A stretch of 64,000 bases of DNA from assembly GCA_028286615.1 (NCBI GenBank), contig JAQBRG010000003.1, positions 83,330 through 147,329 of the forward strand, given 5' to 3'. This DNA comes from Parcubacteria group bacterium (GTDB lineage Bacteria; Patescibacteriota; Minisyncoccia; Phycocordibacterales; Phycocordibacteraceae). The translations under genes were made by a program, and so were the position numbers. Positions 46,389 through 57,003 of the stretch are shown here, in pieces (position 1 is the first letter of the stretch; every line of letters begins with the position of its first letter). The notes beneath the pieces were generated by a model that saw nothing but the letters and a program-made list of their open reading frames with translations, was not told where the DNA came from and did no database searches.

Positions 46389-46457
46389 TGGGAGACTAGG
46401 GATCGAACCTAGATTCACGGCTTCAAAGGCCGCTGTCCTACCATTAGACGATCTCCC
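46389..46457 (-). tRNA. tRNA-Gln (anticodon TTG), compact 69-nt form
   Basis: Reverse strand GGGAGAT...GCGGC-CTTTGAA-GCCGT...CTAGG-TTCGATC-CCTAG-TCTCCC-A. Clear T-arm and anticodon arm; short D-arm. Confidence 0.7.
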
Positions 46458-46496
46458 AATATCTGTATCCTGCCTGAGAATTAGGGCGCGAGCAAG

Positions 46497-47417
46497 CTAC
46501 TCAATCGCACAAACCTCCCTTAGTGCAGCAATATCCTCAGTTGTTAATTTGAATTCGTTGCCAAGATCGTAGGAATACATAATTGAATCGGGATTTTCTA
46601 CATGGTCTAGACCAAGAGCGTGCCCGAATTCGTGCGCCAAAACACGCTTTAGTTCCGTTCGAGTTGAGAACTCGTAAATATTAATGCGCTCTCCTTCTGC
46701 GTCAGATACGTAGTTGCCTTGATCAAAGTCGTCTCCAACCGCCTTGTTGTATACGCTAACTTTGCTGTTAGTCCTCTGGGCAAGATTATTTAGTTCGTCA
46801 ACTATTACATTCAAGCGGTTGGCCATGGAATTAACTTGCGCAACCTGCCTATTCAACTGGTTTTGACGTGTCTCAAGGCGAGATCGCTGTTGCGCAAGCT
46901 CTTCGTACTTTCCTGGGGGTGCACCTCCCTGTTTGTTCCAGTACTCAACTTCTTTTTCATATGCTTTGTTGTCTGCATCAAACTTTGCAGCGGCTGCTTC
47001 GTACTGTGTTTTAAGCGCTGAGTATTCCTTTCTCAGAGACTCAACTTCAGCTTTCTTTGCATCATATGCAGACTGCTCGGTGCTAATGGCTTTGCCTAGC
47101 TCAACGGCCTGTTGATGCTCTCCGTAGATTAAGTTAACAGGCACCGTTCCCGTAGCAGCGTAGGTGACAACCGTTTTTCCAGCTGCGGTATTCCAAAGGT
47201 CCGCCGCTTCTTTGAGTGCGCTCTCATATTCAGTTTGGGAAATACCAAAGCGCTCGTCATACGCGCCTATCGAATACACCACAGGCTTGTCGCAAGGCTT
47301 GTTAAAGTACGCGAGTGAAGGAAAGAGATTGTAGTGTATGCCGGTATACGCAACCGCTCCGAGTATGGCTACCGGAAGCAAATACTGCGTAACTGGTTTA
47401 AATTTCTCTAATTTCAT
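46497..47417 (-). CDS. Matrixin-like zinc metalloprotease with an N-terminal anchor and a coiled-coil region
   Basis: HEFGHALGLDH zinc-binding motif and a Met-turn (SIMYSY). Confidence 0.75.
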   Translation of the reverse strand: MKLEKFKPVTQYLLPVAILGAVAYTGIHYNLFPSLAYFNKPCDKPVVYSIGAYDERFGISQTEYESALKEAADLWNTAAGKTVVTYAATGTVPVNLIYGEHQQAVELGKAISTEQSAYDAKKAEVESLRKEYSALKTQYEAAAAKFDADNKAYEKEVEYWNKQGGAPPGKYEELAQQRSRLETRQNQLNRQVAQVNSMANRLNVIVDELNNLAQRTNSKVSVYNKAVGDDFDQGNYVSDAEGERINIYEFSTRTELKRVLAHEFGHALGLDHVENPDSIMYSYDLGNEFKLTTEDIAALREVCAIE

Positions 47418-48466
47418 TCTGGAAATAGTTCGAGTGTTGCCAGTTCAAGAGGAAGAGCTGGAATAGGTGCGAAACGGATACGTGCAGCGGCATCAAGGAA
47501 GGCCGCGAGTGTCTTGTGCGTTAGAAGAGAATCTTTTGCACTTGCGAGTTCCTCAATCTCTTTAAAAGCATCCTCTCCCGCTTCCTCGGCAAGCTCCATC
47601 CTAAGCTCGGGAGCAAAGCGCACAAGAAGAACTACACGTAGGTATTCAAGAAGAAGTGAGAGGAAGAGCGTCATGTCTATGTTCTCTTCTGAGACATTGC
47701 GTATAGCAGTGAGTGCTTTTGCTTTGTCTCCTTCAGAAAGAGCTTTAGCGAGTGCGTACACTAGCTCGTGCTTTGGCGCACCCGTTGCAACCTCAGCTTC
47801 AGCACGCGTTAGCTTCTTGTTGTTAGAGGACGCTAGAGCTTTCTCAAGTACTGAGAGCGCATCTCTGTACGAGCCGTCTGCAAGGAGGGCAATGAGATCA
47901 GTTGCTGCGGGCTCAACGGAATACCCCTCTTTCTTTGCAGTCTCTGCTACGAGCTTTGCAAGACCTGCGCGGGTTGGCTTCTTGAGTTGAAAGACTTGGC
48001 AACGAGAGCGTACGGTCTCGGGCACCTTTTCTAATTCTGTCGTAGCGAGAATGAAGATGGCATGTGCAGGAGGTTCCTCAAGTGTCTTAAGAAACGCATT
48101 CCATGCGCCCTTAGAAAGCATGTGGGCCTCGTCCAGGATATAGACCTTGTACTTGGAAGAGAATGGAAGCGTGTATACCTGCTCGGTTAAATCCCGAATA
48201 GCATCAACACCGTTGTTAGACGCAGCGTCTATTTCAAAGAGATCGTTCTCTCCCGTTCCGAGCTCCCGAGCAAAGATACGGGCAATGGAGGTTTTTCCTA
48301 GACCTCGAGAACCTGCAAACAAGTACGCATGTCCAACCTTTCCTGTTGCTATCTGCTCTGCAAGCGGCTTTGTTACCTGCTCTTGCCCCATAACCTCAGC
48401 AAAGGTCTGGGGACGGTATGCACGATACAAAGACTGGTGCGCCATATGGCTAGGAGTATACCGCAA
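47414..48466 (-). CDS. dnaX: DNA polymerase III subunit gamma/tau (short)
   Basis: AYLFAGSRGLGKTSIARIFA Walker A; SRC motif ETVRSRCQVFQLKKP. Confidence 0.85.
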   Translation of the reverse strand: MRYTPSHMAHQSLYRAYRPQTFAEVMGQEQVTKPLAEQIATGKVGHAYLFAGSRGLGKTSIARIFARELGTGENDLFEIDAASNNGVDAIRDLTEQVYTLPFSSKYKVYILDEAHMLSKGAWNAFLKTLEEPPAHAIFILATTELEKVPETVRSRCQVFQLKKPTRAGLAKLVAETAKKEGYSVEPAATDLIALLADGSYRDALSVLEKALASSNNKKLTRAEAEVATGAPKHELVYALAKALSEGDKAKALTAIRNVSEENIDMTLFLSLLLEYLRVVLLVRFAPELRMELAEEAGEDAFKEIEELASAKDSLLTHKTLAAFLDAAARIRFAPIPALPLELATLELFPE

Positions 48467-49433
48467 TCTGCTTCAGTTCTTCTACTGAATTAGTCTCCAT
48501 AAGTTTTGCTCGAAGTTCAGCGGCGCCCGGCCATCCGTGTATAAACGCTTTAAAGTGCTTCTTAAGCAGGTGGAAAGATTTGGTTGGTTTCAGTTCCATA
48601 AAATACTCTGCAAGCGTGATGAGTGCCGCTATGCGTTCTTGCGGAGACACGTCCTCAATGGGACGTCCGGTAAAGAGCCAGGGGTTCCCAAAGATTGCAC
48701 GGCCAAGCATGATGCCGTCTGCACCAGTGTCCTCTACTTTCTTCTTTGCATTAGCAAGACTCTCCACGTCTCCATTGCCTAAGATTAATGTCTCGGGACT
48801 AATCTTGTCTCGAAGCTCAACGGCGTACGGCATAAGATCCCAATGTGCAGGAACACTCGACATCTCTTTGCGTGTACGAAGATGCACTGTTAGAGCGGCA
48901 AGATTCTCTTCAAGCAATGCTGGAAGCCAGGTGTCCATTTCGTTCCTGTTGTATCCGATACGTGTCTTAACAGAAATAGGCAGACCTCCTTCCTTTCCTT
49001 TTGCTGCACCCTCTCTCGCAGCTTGTATAACTGCTTTAGCAATCTCAGGTGTTTTAATCATGCCGGCCCCACATCCTTGTTTCTCAATAGACTTGTCTGG
49101 GCAACCCATATTTATATCGATGCCATCAAAACCTAGACGTGCACAGAGCTCTGACGCATATTCCATCATTTCAGGCTTGCTTGAAAATAACTGAGCAACT
49201 ATTGGGCGCTCTGCTTCTGTGTAGAGAAGATCACGCATAAGCGGATTCTCGCTATCTGGCAGACCCTTCTTCTCACGTGTGTGATACAAGCCGTCGCAAG
49301 AAACGAACTCAGTCCAGGTTACGTCTGGCTTTCCGTATTCAGCTATAAGCTTGCGGTAGGCAGCATCAGTTACGTCCGCCATAGGCGCGAGTACGAAAAA
49401 AGGCTTGGGTAGCTTCTGCCAGAACGATTGCAT
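48450..49433 (-). CDS. dus: tRNA-dihydrouridine synthase
   Basis: LAPMADVTDAAYR...INMGCP... motifs. Confidence 0.85.
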   Translation of the reverse strand: MQSFWQKLPKPFFVLAPMADVTDAAYRKLIAEYGKPDVTWTEFVSCDGLYHTREKKGLPDSENPLMRDLLYTEAERPIVAQLFSSKPEMMEYASELCARLGFDGIDINMGCPDKSIEKQGCGAGMIKTPEIAKAVIQAAREGAAKGKEGGLPISVKTRIGYNRNEMDTWLPALLEENLAALTVHLRTRKEMSSVPAHWDLMPYAVELRDKISPETLILGNGDVESLANAKKKVEDTGADGIMLGRAIFGNPWLFTGRPIEDVSPQERIAALITLAEYFMELKPTKSFHLLKKHFKAFIHGWPGAAELRAKLMETNSVEELKQIAVYS

Positions 49434-49494
49434 AGCCTATATCCTACGCGGTAGCGCATTTCTTGACAATCATGGGGAATAATACAAAATCAGC

Positions 49495-49947
49495 GTGTAC
49501 CTTAAATCAATTAGGAGAAGTGATATGTGTAAGGTCGTACGAATTGTCGTGCGAACCTCGCACGGCATTATTTGCACACAAGAAGACCCGGATGGGGATT
49601 ATGCGTTGATTACCATCCCAATACGTGAAAACGAGACTTGGGAACAAGCCGCAGTACGCGGCCTGAAAGAAAGTACTGGTCTTGATATTCGAGGATACAA
49701 GCTCAAGATAATCTTTCCTCGGAATAAGCCTCGGGAACATGACAAGATTATCTGTTGCGAAGCAGTTTTCGAAGGCGCGGACTTTATCGCAAACATTAAC
49801 TCCACCGGAACCAACGGCAAGGTGGACGAGATCGAATACGGAGCGTTCGACTCAGTGATGAACTTCGATAAAGCGGACAGACAGTTCCTTGCGAGATACA
49901 GATTACTTAAGCCTCGTCGACAAGAGACGAGGAGAAGGCGTAGATAG
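49495..49947 (+). CDS. NUDIX hydrolase (likely start at MCKVV, 49528)
   Basis: Nudix-box-like RENETWEQAAVRGLKESTGL. Confidence 0.6.
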   Translation: MYLKSIRRSDMCKVVRIVVRTSHGIICTQEDPDGDYALITIPIRENETWEQAAVRGLKESTGLDIRGYKLKIIFPRNKPREHDKIICCEAVFEGADFIANINSTGTNGKVDEIEYGAFDSVMNFDKADRQFLARYRLLKPRRQETRRRRR

Positions 49948-49949
49948 AT

Positions 49950-50996
49950 TTATTCTTCTGCGCCTTTTACTATGTCCTTCCGTTTCAGATACGCCTTCCC
50001 TTCAAAACGGAGATCTACATATTCAACCGAACCGTCGTTTAGGTTAAGTGTTGGGAATGCTGAGGCTGCAAGAGATCCTGCCACATCTTCCCTTCCTCCT
50101 ACGTACGTTATACGTGTCCCTCCAACCGTATACAGATCTATCTCGTCGTCTCTGAATGCAACTGAGGTAACGTTCGCATTTAATGATTTAACTAACTTAA
50201 CGAAACGAAGAATGTCAGGGAGTTCTGTTGCTTTAGACACTCTCGCTCCAAGCGGATACTGGAGTCCTTCGTTCGTAGCTTCGGCTGTAGCGTAGACCAT
50301 AAGATCTGCCGGACCCGCGGTATCAACGGGCGCAAAGATCAGACCTTCAGTATCTGCCTGCCAACACGGCTCCACTTTCGTATCAAAGGAGGTGCCGCAC
50401 CACACAAACGCACGGGTGCGAGATACGGTTTCGATAACAAGCGTATTCAACCCATCTGCAGAGGTTGAGACCGTCTGTATAGCTGGTATCTCTCGCACAA
50501 TACTCTCTCGTATGTCGGTTTCAGGAAGAAGGAAAATAGAATTGCGTGGAAGTATATACAAGTATGAACCGTACGTTTGTACGCGGGCAATTGATGCAGC
50601 TTCGTCTCCATAAGCCCCTTCTCCGCGAACTTGTTGAATACGAAAAGCAGGAAGCCAGAGTGCGTAGAAAATACCTCCAATTACTAGAAGAGCGAGTACT
50701 ACAAGAAGTATGAGCCACACCTTTCGTCTCTTCTGGCGACGCTTCTTAAGAGGCTGAGCAGTTTCCTTCGTAGCGCGTTCGACTTTTGCAGAACCCTTTG
50801 GACGAGGCATGCGTGTATCGCTATACGCTTCTTTACGTACAGGAACTCGTGGAGCAGCTTTAGCTTTCTCAGGAGCGGCACGCCTTTTCATATCCATAGG
50901 ACCAGTACTCCGTGCTGACGAAGTTTGTGCAGGCTGTGGAGCAGCCTTTGGTTTCGGCCGATTAGGCGCTATGTCCCAGGATTTCTTTACCGACAT
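49950..50996 (-). CDS. FtsQ/DivIB-like cell-division protein (basic N-tail, TM, POTRA-like)
   Basis: Architecture only; low sequence certainty. Confidence 0.45.
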   Translation of the reverse strand: MSVKKSWDIAPNRPKPKAAPQPAQTSSARSTGPMDMKRRAAPEKAKAAPRVPVRKEAYSDTRMPRPKGSAKVERATKETAQPLKKRRQKRRKVWLILLVVLALLVIGGIFYALWLPAFRIQQVRGEGAYGDEAASIARVQTYGSYLYILPRNSIFLLPETDIRESIVREIPAIQTVSTSADGLNTLVIETVSRTRAFVWCGTSFDTKVEPCWQADTEGLIFAPVDTAGPADLMVYATAEATNEGLQYPLGARVSKATELPDILRFVKLVKSLNANVTSVAFRDDEIDLYTVGGTRITYVGGREDVAGSLAASAFPTLNLNDGSVEYVDLRFEGKAYLKRKDIVKGAEE

Positions 50997-52233
50997 ACGG
51001 GACGAGTGCTTCTGGCACCTTTATAGTGCCGTCTTCTTGCTGGCAGTTCTCAACGAGCACCGCAAGGAAACGAGGCGTTGCAAGCGCAGTGTTGTTGAGC
51101 GAGTGTGCGAACTTCATGGAACCGTCTTCTGCGCGGTATCGAATATTAAGGCGACGTGTCTGAAAATCATGGAAGTACGAGGAGGAATGTGTCTCTCGGT
51201 ATTTCTGCTCAGAAGGCATCCAGCATTCAATGTCGTATTTCTTCACCTGTCCGAGTCCGAGATCTCCTCCGCAGTTAACAACAATATGGTACGGGATATT
51301 GAGAAGCTGGAGCATTTCTTCTGCATTAGTTGTAAGGGCCTCGTGGTGTGTTACGGACTCTTCATGTGAGGCTTCGCAAAGTACTACCTGCTCGAACTTG
51401 TAAAACTCATGCACGCGCACCATGCCTTTAGTGTCCTTGCCGTGGCTTCCCGCTTCACGACGGAAACAAGGAGAGAAGGACAAATACTTTAGAGGTAGCT
51501 CGCTACGTTCTATAACCTCATCCATGTGGTATGCCATGGTTGCAACTTCAGCAGTGCCTGCAAGATACTCTCCGTCTTGGGTTCTGTAGAGATCTTCTTC
51601 GCTTTGAGGAAGATAGCCGGTACCCATAAATCCTTCGCGCCGCACGAGTGAAGGAACGATCATAGGAACGAAACCTCCCTTCTGTGTGAAGTGGTCCGTA
51701 AGGAAACGCCAAAGAGCAAAGGATAGAAGTGCCCCGTCTCCCTTGAGGAAGTAGCCGCGGAATCCCGCAACCTTAGTACCGCGCTCAAAGTCCGCCATGC
51801 CGTTCTTGGTCATGAGCTCTACATGGTCTTTTGGCGTAAATGCGAATTGCGGCATCGTGCCCCACGTCTTAATCTCTACATTCTCCGCGTCGCTCTTTCC
51901 TTCAGGCACTGACATGTCTGGAAGGTTTGGCACCGCAAGCATAAGCTTCTGCCATTCCTCCATAGCCTTGGTGTACTGCTCCTCGAGTTCTGCCATCCCT
52001 TCTTTAACATGACGCATAGCTTCGAGAAGTCTCTCGCGTTCGTCTCCCTTAGCAAGCGCTATGGTCTGGCTAGCGCGGTTCTGTTCTGCACGACGCTCGT
52101 CGAGCTGCTGGCGTATAGATTTACGCAGATCATCCACCTCTATAAGGCGGTCTATATCTACCTCTATGAGTTTCTTGGCAGCACCTGCCTTTATAAGGTC
52201 GGCGTTTTCCCTGATGAAATGAATATCAAGCAT
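50962..52233 (-). CDS. serS: Serine--tRNA ligase
   Basis: Class II motifs; N-terminal coiled coil MLDIHFIRENADLI... Confidence 0.9.
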   Translation of the reverse strand: MLDIHFIRENADLIKAGAAKKLIEVDIDRLIEVDDLRKSIRQQLDERRAEQNRASQTIALAKGDERERLLEAMRHVKEGMAELEEQYTKAMEEWQKLMLAVPNLPDMSVPEGKSDAENVEIKTWGTMPQFAFTPKDHVELMTKNGMADFERGTKVAGFRGYFLKGDGALLSFALWRFLTDHFTQKGGFVPMIVPSLVRREGFMGTGYLPQSEEDLYRTQDGEYLAGTAEVATMAYHMDEVIERSELPLKYLSFSPCFRREAGSHGKDTKGMVRVHEFYKFEQVVLCEASHEESVTHHEALTTNAEEMLQLLNIPYHIVVNCGGDLGLGQVKKYDIECWMPSEQKYRETHSSSYFHDFQTRRLNIRYRAEDGSMKFAHSLNNTALATPRFLAVLVENCQQEDGTIKVPEALVPYVGKEILGHSA

Positions 52234-52377
52234 GTGAACTTCACTATACGCCAGGATAGGAAGGCAGAAAAGCTCTTAATATTTAAGTGCGGGTAAAAGA
52301 AGTGTATAAGTGGCTTGCACTTTAAGAAATGATATGCTATACATGTCAATAGCATCGGTTCTTGTAGAGGAGAGATC

Positions 52378-52524
52378 ATGCGTAAGCTATTCGAGTTCCT
52401 GGAAACGAGGGACGGTCCCTGGCTGGCATTGTGCGCATCTGTGTTGATTCTGATTGCAGGGGCTGTGATCCTTGTCGGCACACTAAGCGTCTTTCATCAG
52501 GCAGTAGTCTCTGTCGTCGGCTAA
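52378..52524 (+). CDS. 48-aa small membrane protein (MRKLFEFLETRDGPWLALCASVLILIAGAVILVGTLSVFHQAVVSVVG)
   Basis: GAGGAGAG Shine-Dalgarno site 5 nt before the ATG; strong terminator right after; below the track cutoff. Confidence 0.4.
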   Translation: MRKLFEFLETRDGPWLALCASVLILIAGAVILVGTLSVFHQAVVSVVG

Positions 52525-52544
52525 GAAGTCGGGGTCTAAAAAGT

Positions 52545-52580
52545 GACTCGCAATCCCCGTGGTTGCGAGTCTTTTTATAT
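52545..52580 (+). terminator. Rho-independent terminator
   Basis: GACTCGCAATCCCCGTGGTTGCGAGTC then TTTTTATAT. Confidence 0.6.
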
Positions 52581-52662
52581 AAAGTTTAAAAGTATTTCAT
52601 ACTCGGTGTTCTATACTCACCGCTTGACCATATATAGGTATGCGCGGTATGAGTTAGCACAC

Positions 52663-55074
52663 ATGGCAAAGAGACTATTAATTGTTGAGTCGCCTGCAAA
52701 GGCGCGCACTATCCAGCAGTACCTCGGAAAAGACTACGAGGTGCTTGCTTCTGTGGGCCACGTGCGGGACCTCCCTAAGAGCAACAAAGATGCGGTTAAC
52801 ATCGAAGACGGCTTCATTCCCCGCTACATAATCTCTCCTGATAAGCGGGAGGTTATTGAGAAGATCAAGCGTGCTGCAGACAAGGCAGACGAGGTATTTC
52901 TTGCAACTGACCCGGACCGCGAGGGAGAGGCTATTGCGTGGCATATAAAGGAGGCGGTTGGCCTTAAGAAGCCAAAGCGCGTTGTATTCCATGAGATTAC
53001 CAAAGCCGCCGTTGAGGAAGCTATCGCGCATCCTCGCGCTATAGACGAAGACCTGCGCCAGGCACAGGAAGCTCGTCGCGTGCTCGATCGCATTGTTGGA
53101 TACGATCTTTCCGGTCTTATCTGGAAGAAAGTTCGCTACGGGCTTTCAGCAGGACGCGTGCAGTCTCCCGCTCTTCGTATTCTTGCTGAACGTGAACGTG
53201 AAATTAAAGCGTTCATTCCTGAAACCTATTACACGCTCGACGCATCTTTCAAAGCAAAAGCAGGAGGTACGCTTCCTGCAACCTGTGTCGAGGAACCAAA
53301 GACAGCCGCTGAGTCTGAACGCATCGTTACGCTTGGACGTGCTGCTTCTTGGAAGATTGCAGAAATAAAAGAACGAGCTGAGGAGCGCCAGCCACGTCCT
53401 CCGTTTACAACCTCAACACTTCAGCAGGTTGCTTCAACCCGTCTTGGTTTCTCTCCAAGCCGTACCATGCGTGCTGCACAGAAGTTATACGAAGCAGGAC
53501 ATATAACCTACATGCGTACGGACTCCGTTAACTTGGGAGAGTCTGCTGTAGATAACATTTTGAATACTGTTACAGAAACGTTTGGCAAGGAATATGCAGA
53601 ACGTCGTGTATACAAAACCAAGAGCAAGAATGCGCAGGAAGCCCATGAAGCGGTTCGCCCTACAGACTCTTCTCGAATTAAGGCTGGTACGGTGCCAGAC
53701 GAAACATCTTTGTACGAACTTATTCGTACCCGCACACTTGCTTCTCAAATGGTTGCAGCAAAGGTACTACGAACCAGTGTTAAGGCCGAAGCCGATGCAG
53801 ACATTCCTCTATTCTCTTCTAACGGTTCTCGCGTGATGTTTCCAGGATGGCTTGCGTGCGACACCAAAGCACGAGGCGAAGATGTTGAGCTTCCAGAACT
53901 AACCGAGGGAAATCCGCTCACGCTTCTTTCTCTTGGCTCAATTGAAAAACAGACCGAACCACCGAACCGCTACACCGAAGCTGGTCTCATTAAAGAACTT
54001 GAGAAGCGAGGTATTGGACGCCCGTCTACATACGCTTCAACCATGAAGACTATTCAAGATCGCGGCTACGTGGAAAAGACAGGACGTACTCTAACCCCAA
54101 CCGCTACCGGCATGGTTGTATCGGGATGGCTTGAGGAACACTTCGCCGAATATATTTCAGATTCTTTTACAGCAGAGATGGAAGACAACCTCGACGAGAT
54201 AGCACGAGGCGAACGCGGATACGAACCAACCCTCAAAGAATTCTACGGACCTTTCGAGAAGGCAGTTCTTGCTAAGGACAAGCTTCCAAAAGCAACTTCT
54301 CTAGGAAAAGTACCGGACGGATTCCCTTGTCCTATTTGTGGCGCTGATATGGAATTCAAACTTGGACGTGGCGGTATATTCATGAGCTGTACCCGCTATC
54401 CAGATTGTGACGGAGCTCGCCAAGAAGACGGTACCGAACTTAAGAGCGACGAGCCAATTGGCATACACCCCGAAACTGGCTCTCCTATATTTATAAAGAC
54501 CGGAAGATACGGACCGTATGTAGAAATGGCACTGCCTGAAGCAGTTGAGCCCGAGGCTACACCTGTTGAGGAACCTAAAAAGAAAGGGGCAAAGAAAAAG
54601 GTTGCGAAAAAGAAGAAAGCGAAGGGACGTCCAAAGCTCGCGGCCAAGCGTGCAAGTATTCCTCCAGGCACAGACCTCTCTGCAATAACTCTTGCGCAGG
54701 CTGTGCACTATCTTTCTCTTCCTCGAGAACTTGGCAACCACCCAAGTAGCGGAAAGCCTGTTGTTGCAAACATCGGACGCTTCGGTCCATACCTCGCACA
54801 TGACGGAGAGTTCCGTTCTCTCAAGGGTGCCGACGATCCCTACACCGTTACGCTAGACCGGGCACTTGAAATATTAGCAATGCCAAAGCAACCTCCTAAG
54901 GGAGTTGAGATTGTGCGTGAGATTGGCAAGCACCCGAAGACTGGCAAATCTATAACGCTCTACAAATCCAAACAAGGACTCTTCCTTAAGAAAGGTCTCC
55001 GCCGCATCTACTTGCCTGAGAGCCAGAACGCAGACGAGCTAACACCGCTTGAAGCTGGAGAGTATCTGAAATAG
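52663..55074 (+). CDS. topA: DNA topoisomerase I. The track ORF starts at 52543; the likely start is MAKRLLIVESPAKA.
   Basis: TOPRIM plus topo IA core, C-terminal zinc ribbon CPICGADM...C..C and a Lys-rich tail. Confidence 0.9.
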   Translation: MAKRLLIVESPAKARTIQQYLGKDYEVLASVGHVRDLPKSNKDAVNIEDGFIPRYIISPDKREVIEKIKRAADKADEVFLATDPDREGEAIAWHIKEAVGLKKPKRVVFHEITKAAVEEAIAHPRAIDEDLRQAQEARRVLDRIVGYDLSGLIWKKVRYGLSAGRVQSPALRILAEREREIKAFIPETYYTLDASFKAKAGGTLPATCVEEPKTAAESERIVTLGRAASWKIAEIKERAEERQPRPPFTTSTLQQVASTRLGFSPSRTMRAAQKLYEAGHITYMRTDSVNLGESAVDNILNTVTETFGKEYAERRVYKTKSKNAQEAHEAVRPTDSSRIKAGTVPDETSLYELIRTRTLASQMVAAKVLRTSVKAEADADIPLFSSNGSRVMFPGWLACDTKARGEDVELPELTEGNPLTLLSLGSIEKQTEPPNRYTEAGLIKELEKRGIGRPSTYASTMKTIQDRGYVEKTGRTLTPTATGMVVSGWLEEHFAEYISDSFTAEMEDNLDEIARGERGYEPTLKEFYGPFEKAVLAKDKLPKATSLGKVPDGFPCPICGADMEFKLGRGGIFMSCTRYPDCDGARQEDGTELKSDEPIGIHPETGSPIFIKTGRYGPYVEMALPEAVEPEATPVEEPKKKGAKKKVAKKKKAKGRPKLAAKRASIPPGTDLSAITLAQAVHYLSLPRELGNHPSSGKPVVANIGRFGPYLAHDGEFRSLKGADDPYTVTLDRALEILAMPKQPPKGVEIVREIGKHPKTGKSITLYKSKQGLFLKKGLRRIYLPESQNADELTPLEAGEYLK

Positions 55075-55117
55075 GAAGCGCCGGAACCAATAGGTCCCGG
55101 CGTTCTTTCGACGTTGG

Positions 55118-55351
55118 CTATCCGCAGCATTCTGCTGGATCGTGCGGTTGCCCGCACTTTGCGCATGGATCGTAATCCAGCATTCCCGGTTCTTCTGGAA
55201 TGCTGGGACGTCCTCCGTCGAGACTGATGAGATTTTCTTGAGCCTGCCTTAAGTACAAGCCTTGTTCGTATGCCCTGCTGTTCATGGTTTCCTCCCAGAA
55301 GCCGTGTTGGTGCCAAATGCTATACTGGCCCTTACGCATGACTACTGTCAA
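55118..55351 (-). CDS. Possible small Cys-rich protein (CAKCGQPHDPAECCG)
   Basis: ORF in the topA-rel intergenic region; weak. Confidence 0.25.
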   Translation of the reverse strand: MTVVMRKGQYSIWHQHGFWEETMNSRAYEQGLYLRQAQENLISLDGGRPSIPEEPGMLDYDPCAKCGQPHDPAECCG

Positions 55352-56972
55352 GGAAATTCTTGCTCAGATGAAAAGCCCTACGCCTGCAGACGTAGCGTTA
55401 GTTGAGAAAGCGTACGAATTCGCGAAGAAAGCGCACGAAGGCCATACCCGCTACTCGGGCGAACCCTATTTCATACACCCCTCTGCTGTAGCAAAGCATC
55501 TTGCAGAACTTGGCATGGATGCGCCAACCATTGCCGCAGCTCTCATGCACGACGCAATCGAAGACGCCAAAGCAACTCCCGAAGAAGTGCTCGAGCAATT
55601 TGGCCCTGAGGTGCTCTTCTTAGTTGAAGGTGTTACCAAGCTCGGAAAGCACAAGTACCAGGGCGGAGAACGCCACGCAGAGTCTCTGAGACGCCTTCTC
55701 GTTGCGACCGCGTCCGATGTACGCGTGCTAATCATCAAACTTGCGGACCGGTATCACAACATGACAACTATAGAGCATGTTCCGGAACACAAACGAAAAC
55801 GAATTGCTCTTGAGACTCTTGAAATCTATGCACCAATTGCAGACCGTCTTGGTATGGGACGTATTAAGAGCGAGCTTGAAGACTTCGCGTTTCCCGCCAT
55901 AGACCCGGATGCGTACCAGCATGCGCTTGAGGTGCGCAAGTTAAAGAGAAAGGAAACAGAAGTTGGTCTTGCACGAGTGCAAAAGGATCTGCAGCACGCA
56001 TTCGTTCGTAAAGAGATCAAAGACTTCTCAACCTCTATTCGTATGAAAGGTTTGTGGAGCTTGCACCAGAAGCTTATTCGCAAGAAGGATGACATAACTA
56101 AAATCCACGATATCGCGGCTCTCCGCGTTATTGTCCCAACCATAGACGATTGCTATACCGCACTCGGAGTTATCCATGCCCTCTGGAAGCCGCTTCCGGG
56201 CGAGTTCAAGGACTACATCTCCTTCCCGAAGCCTAACGGATACCAATCTCTCCACACAACGGTTATAACCGCAGACGCGGGCATCGTTGAAATGCAGGTA
56301 CGTACAAAGGAAATGCATCAAGCAGCGCAATTCGGTATTGCGTCACACATGTCATACAAAGTACTAGGCAAAGAGGCAGGCAAGAATGCTTTCCAGAGAC
56401 TTTCCTTTCCTTGGGTGCGAGACCTGGTGCCTACACTCCTTAATTTCCGTAGACGCGCACCTATCGCACCTCCTGAAGGGAAGAAAGACACGCATGACAC
56501 ACAGGCGCCACGTTGGCTAACAGAACTTGCAGACGCACATGGCACCGAAGCGAGCGAGACAGGAGAATTCGTAGAAGGATTGAAGTCTGATTTCTTCTCG
56601 CACCGTATCTTCGTCTTCACACCAAGAGGCGATGTTATAGACCTTCCGAACGAATCAACACCCGTAGACTTTGCCTATGCCATACATAGCGACCTTGGAA
56701 ATCACATGCAGGGTGTAAAGATTAATGGAAAGCTTGTCTCCTTTGATACCAAACTTGGCAACGGGGATATTATCGAAATAACGAAGAGCAAAACTGCACG
56801 CCCAACTGCGAAATGGCTCGAGTATGCAAAGACTTCCCTTGCACGCAGACATGTGCGAAGCGCGCTTGAAGAACATGATCCTGTTAATGCGCGCAGACCT
56901 ATAGCGGAGCCTAAGGTTGAGAAGAAGAAACGGAAAATATTCAAAGCTCCAAAGAAAGGAGGAAAAGCATAA
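55341..56972 (+). CDS. rel: RelA/SpoT-family (p)ppGpp synthetase/hydrolase (HD, synthetase, TGS). The track ORF starts at 55284.
   Basis: HD motif HEGHTRYSGEPYFIHP...MHDAIED; RelA_SpoT region ...YQSLHTTV... Confidence 0.85.
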   Translation, partial: TTVKEILAQMKSPTPADVALVEKAYEFAKKAHEGHTRYSGEPYFIHPSAVAKHLAELGMDAPTIAAALMHDAIEDAKATPEEVLEQFGPEVLFLVEGVTKLGKHKYQGGERHAESLRRLLVATASDVRVLIIKLADRYHNMTTIEHVPEHKRKRIALETLEIYAPIADRLGMGRIKSELEDFAFPAIDPDAYQHALEVRKLKRKETEVGLARVQKDLQHAFVRKEIKDFSTSIRMKGLWSLHQKLIRKKDDITKIHDIAALRVIVPTIDDCYTALGVIHALWKPLPGEFKDYISFPKPNGYQSLHTTVITADAGIVEMQVRTKEMHQAAQFGIASHMSYKVLGKEAGKNAFQRLSFPWVRDLVPTLLNFRRRAPIAPPEGKKDTHDTQAPRWLTELADAHGTEASETGEFVEGLKSDFFSHRIFVFTPRGDVIDLPNESTPVDFAYAIHSDLGNHMQGVKINGKLVSFDTKLGNGDIIEITKSKTARPTAKWLEYAKTSLARRHVRSALEEHDPVNARRPIAEPKVEKKKRKIFKAPKKGGKA

Positions 56973-57003
56973 CCGCGAATCTTTCAATTCGCGGTTATCG
57001 ATG

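Noticed and set aside
47514-49194. Plus-strand ORFs 47514..47990 and 48580..49194
   Set aside because: They are antisense inside dnaX and dus, with Ser/Ala/Arg-rich composition.
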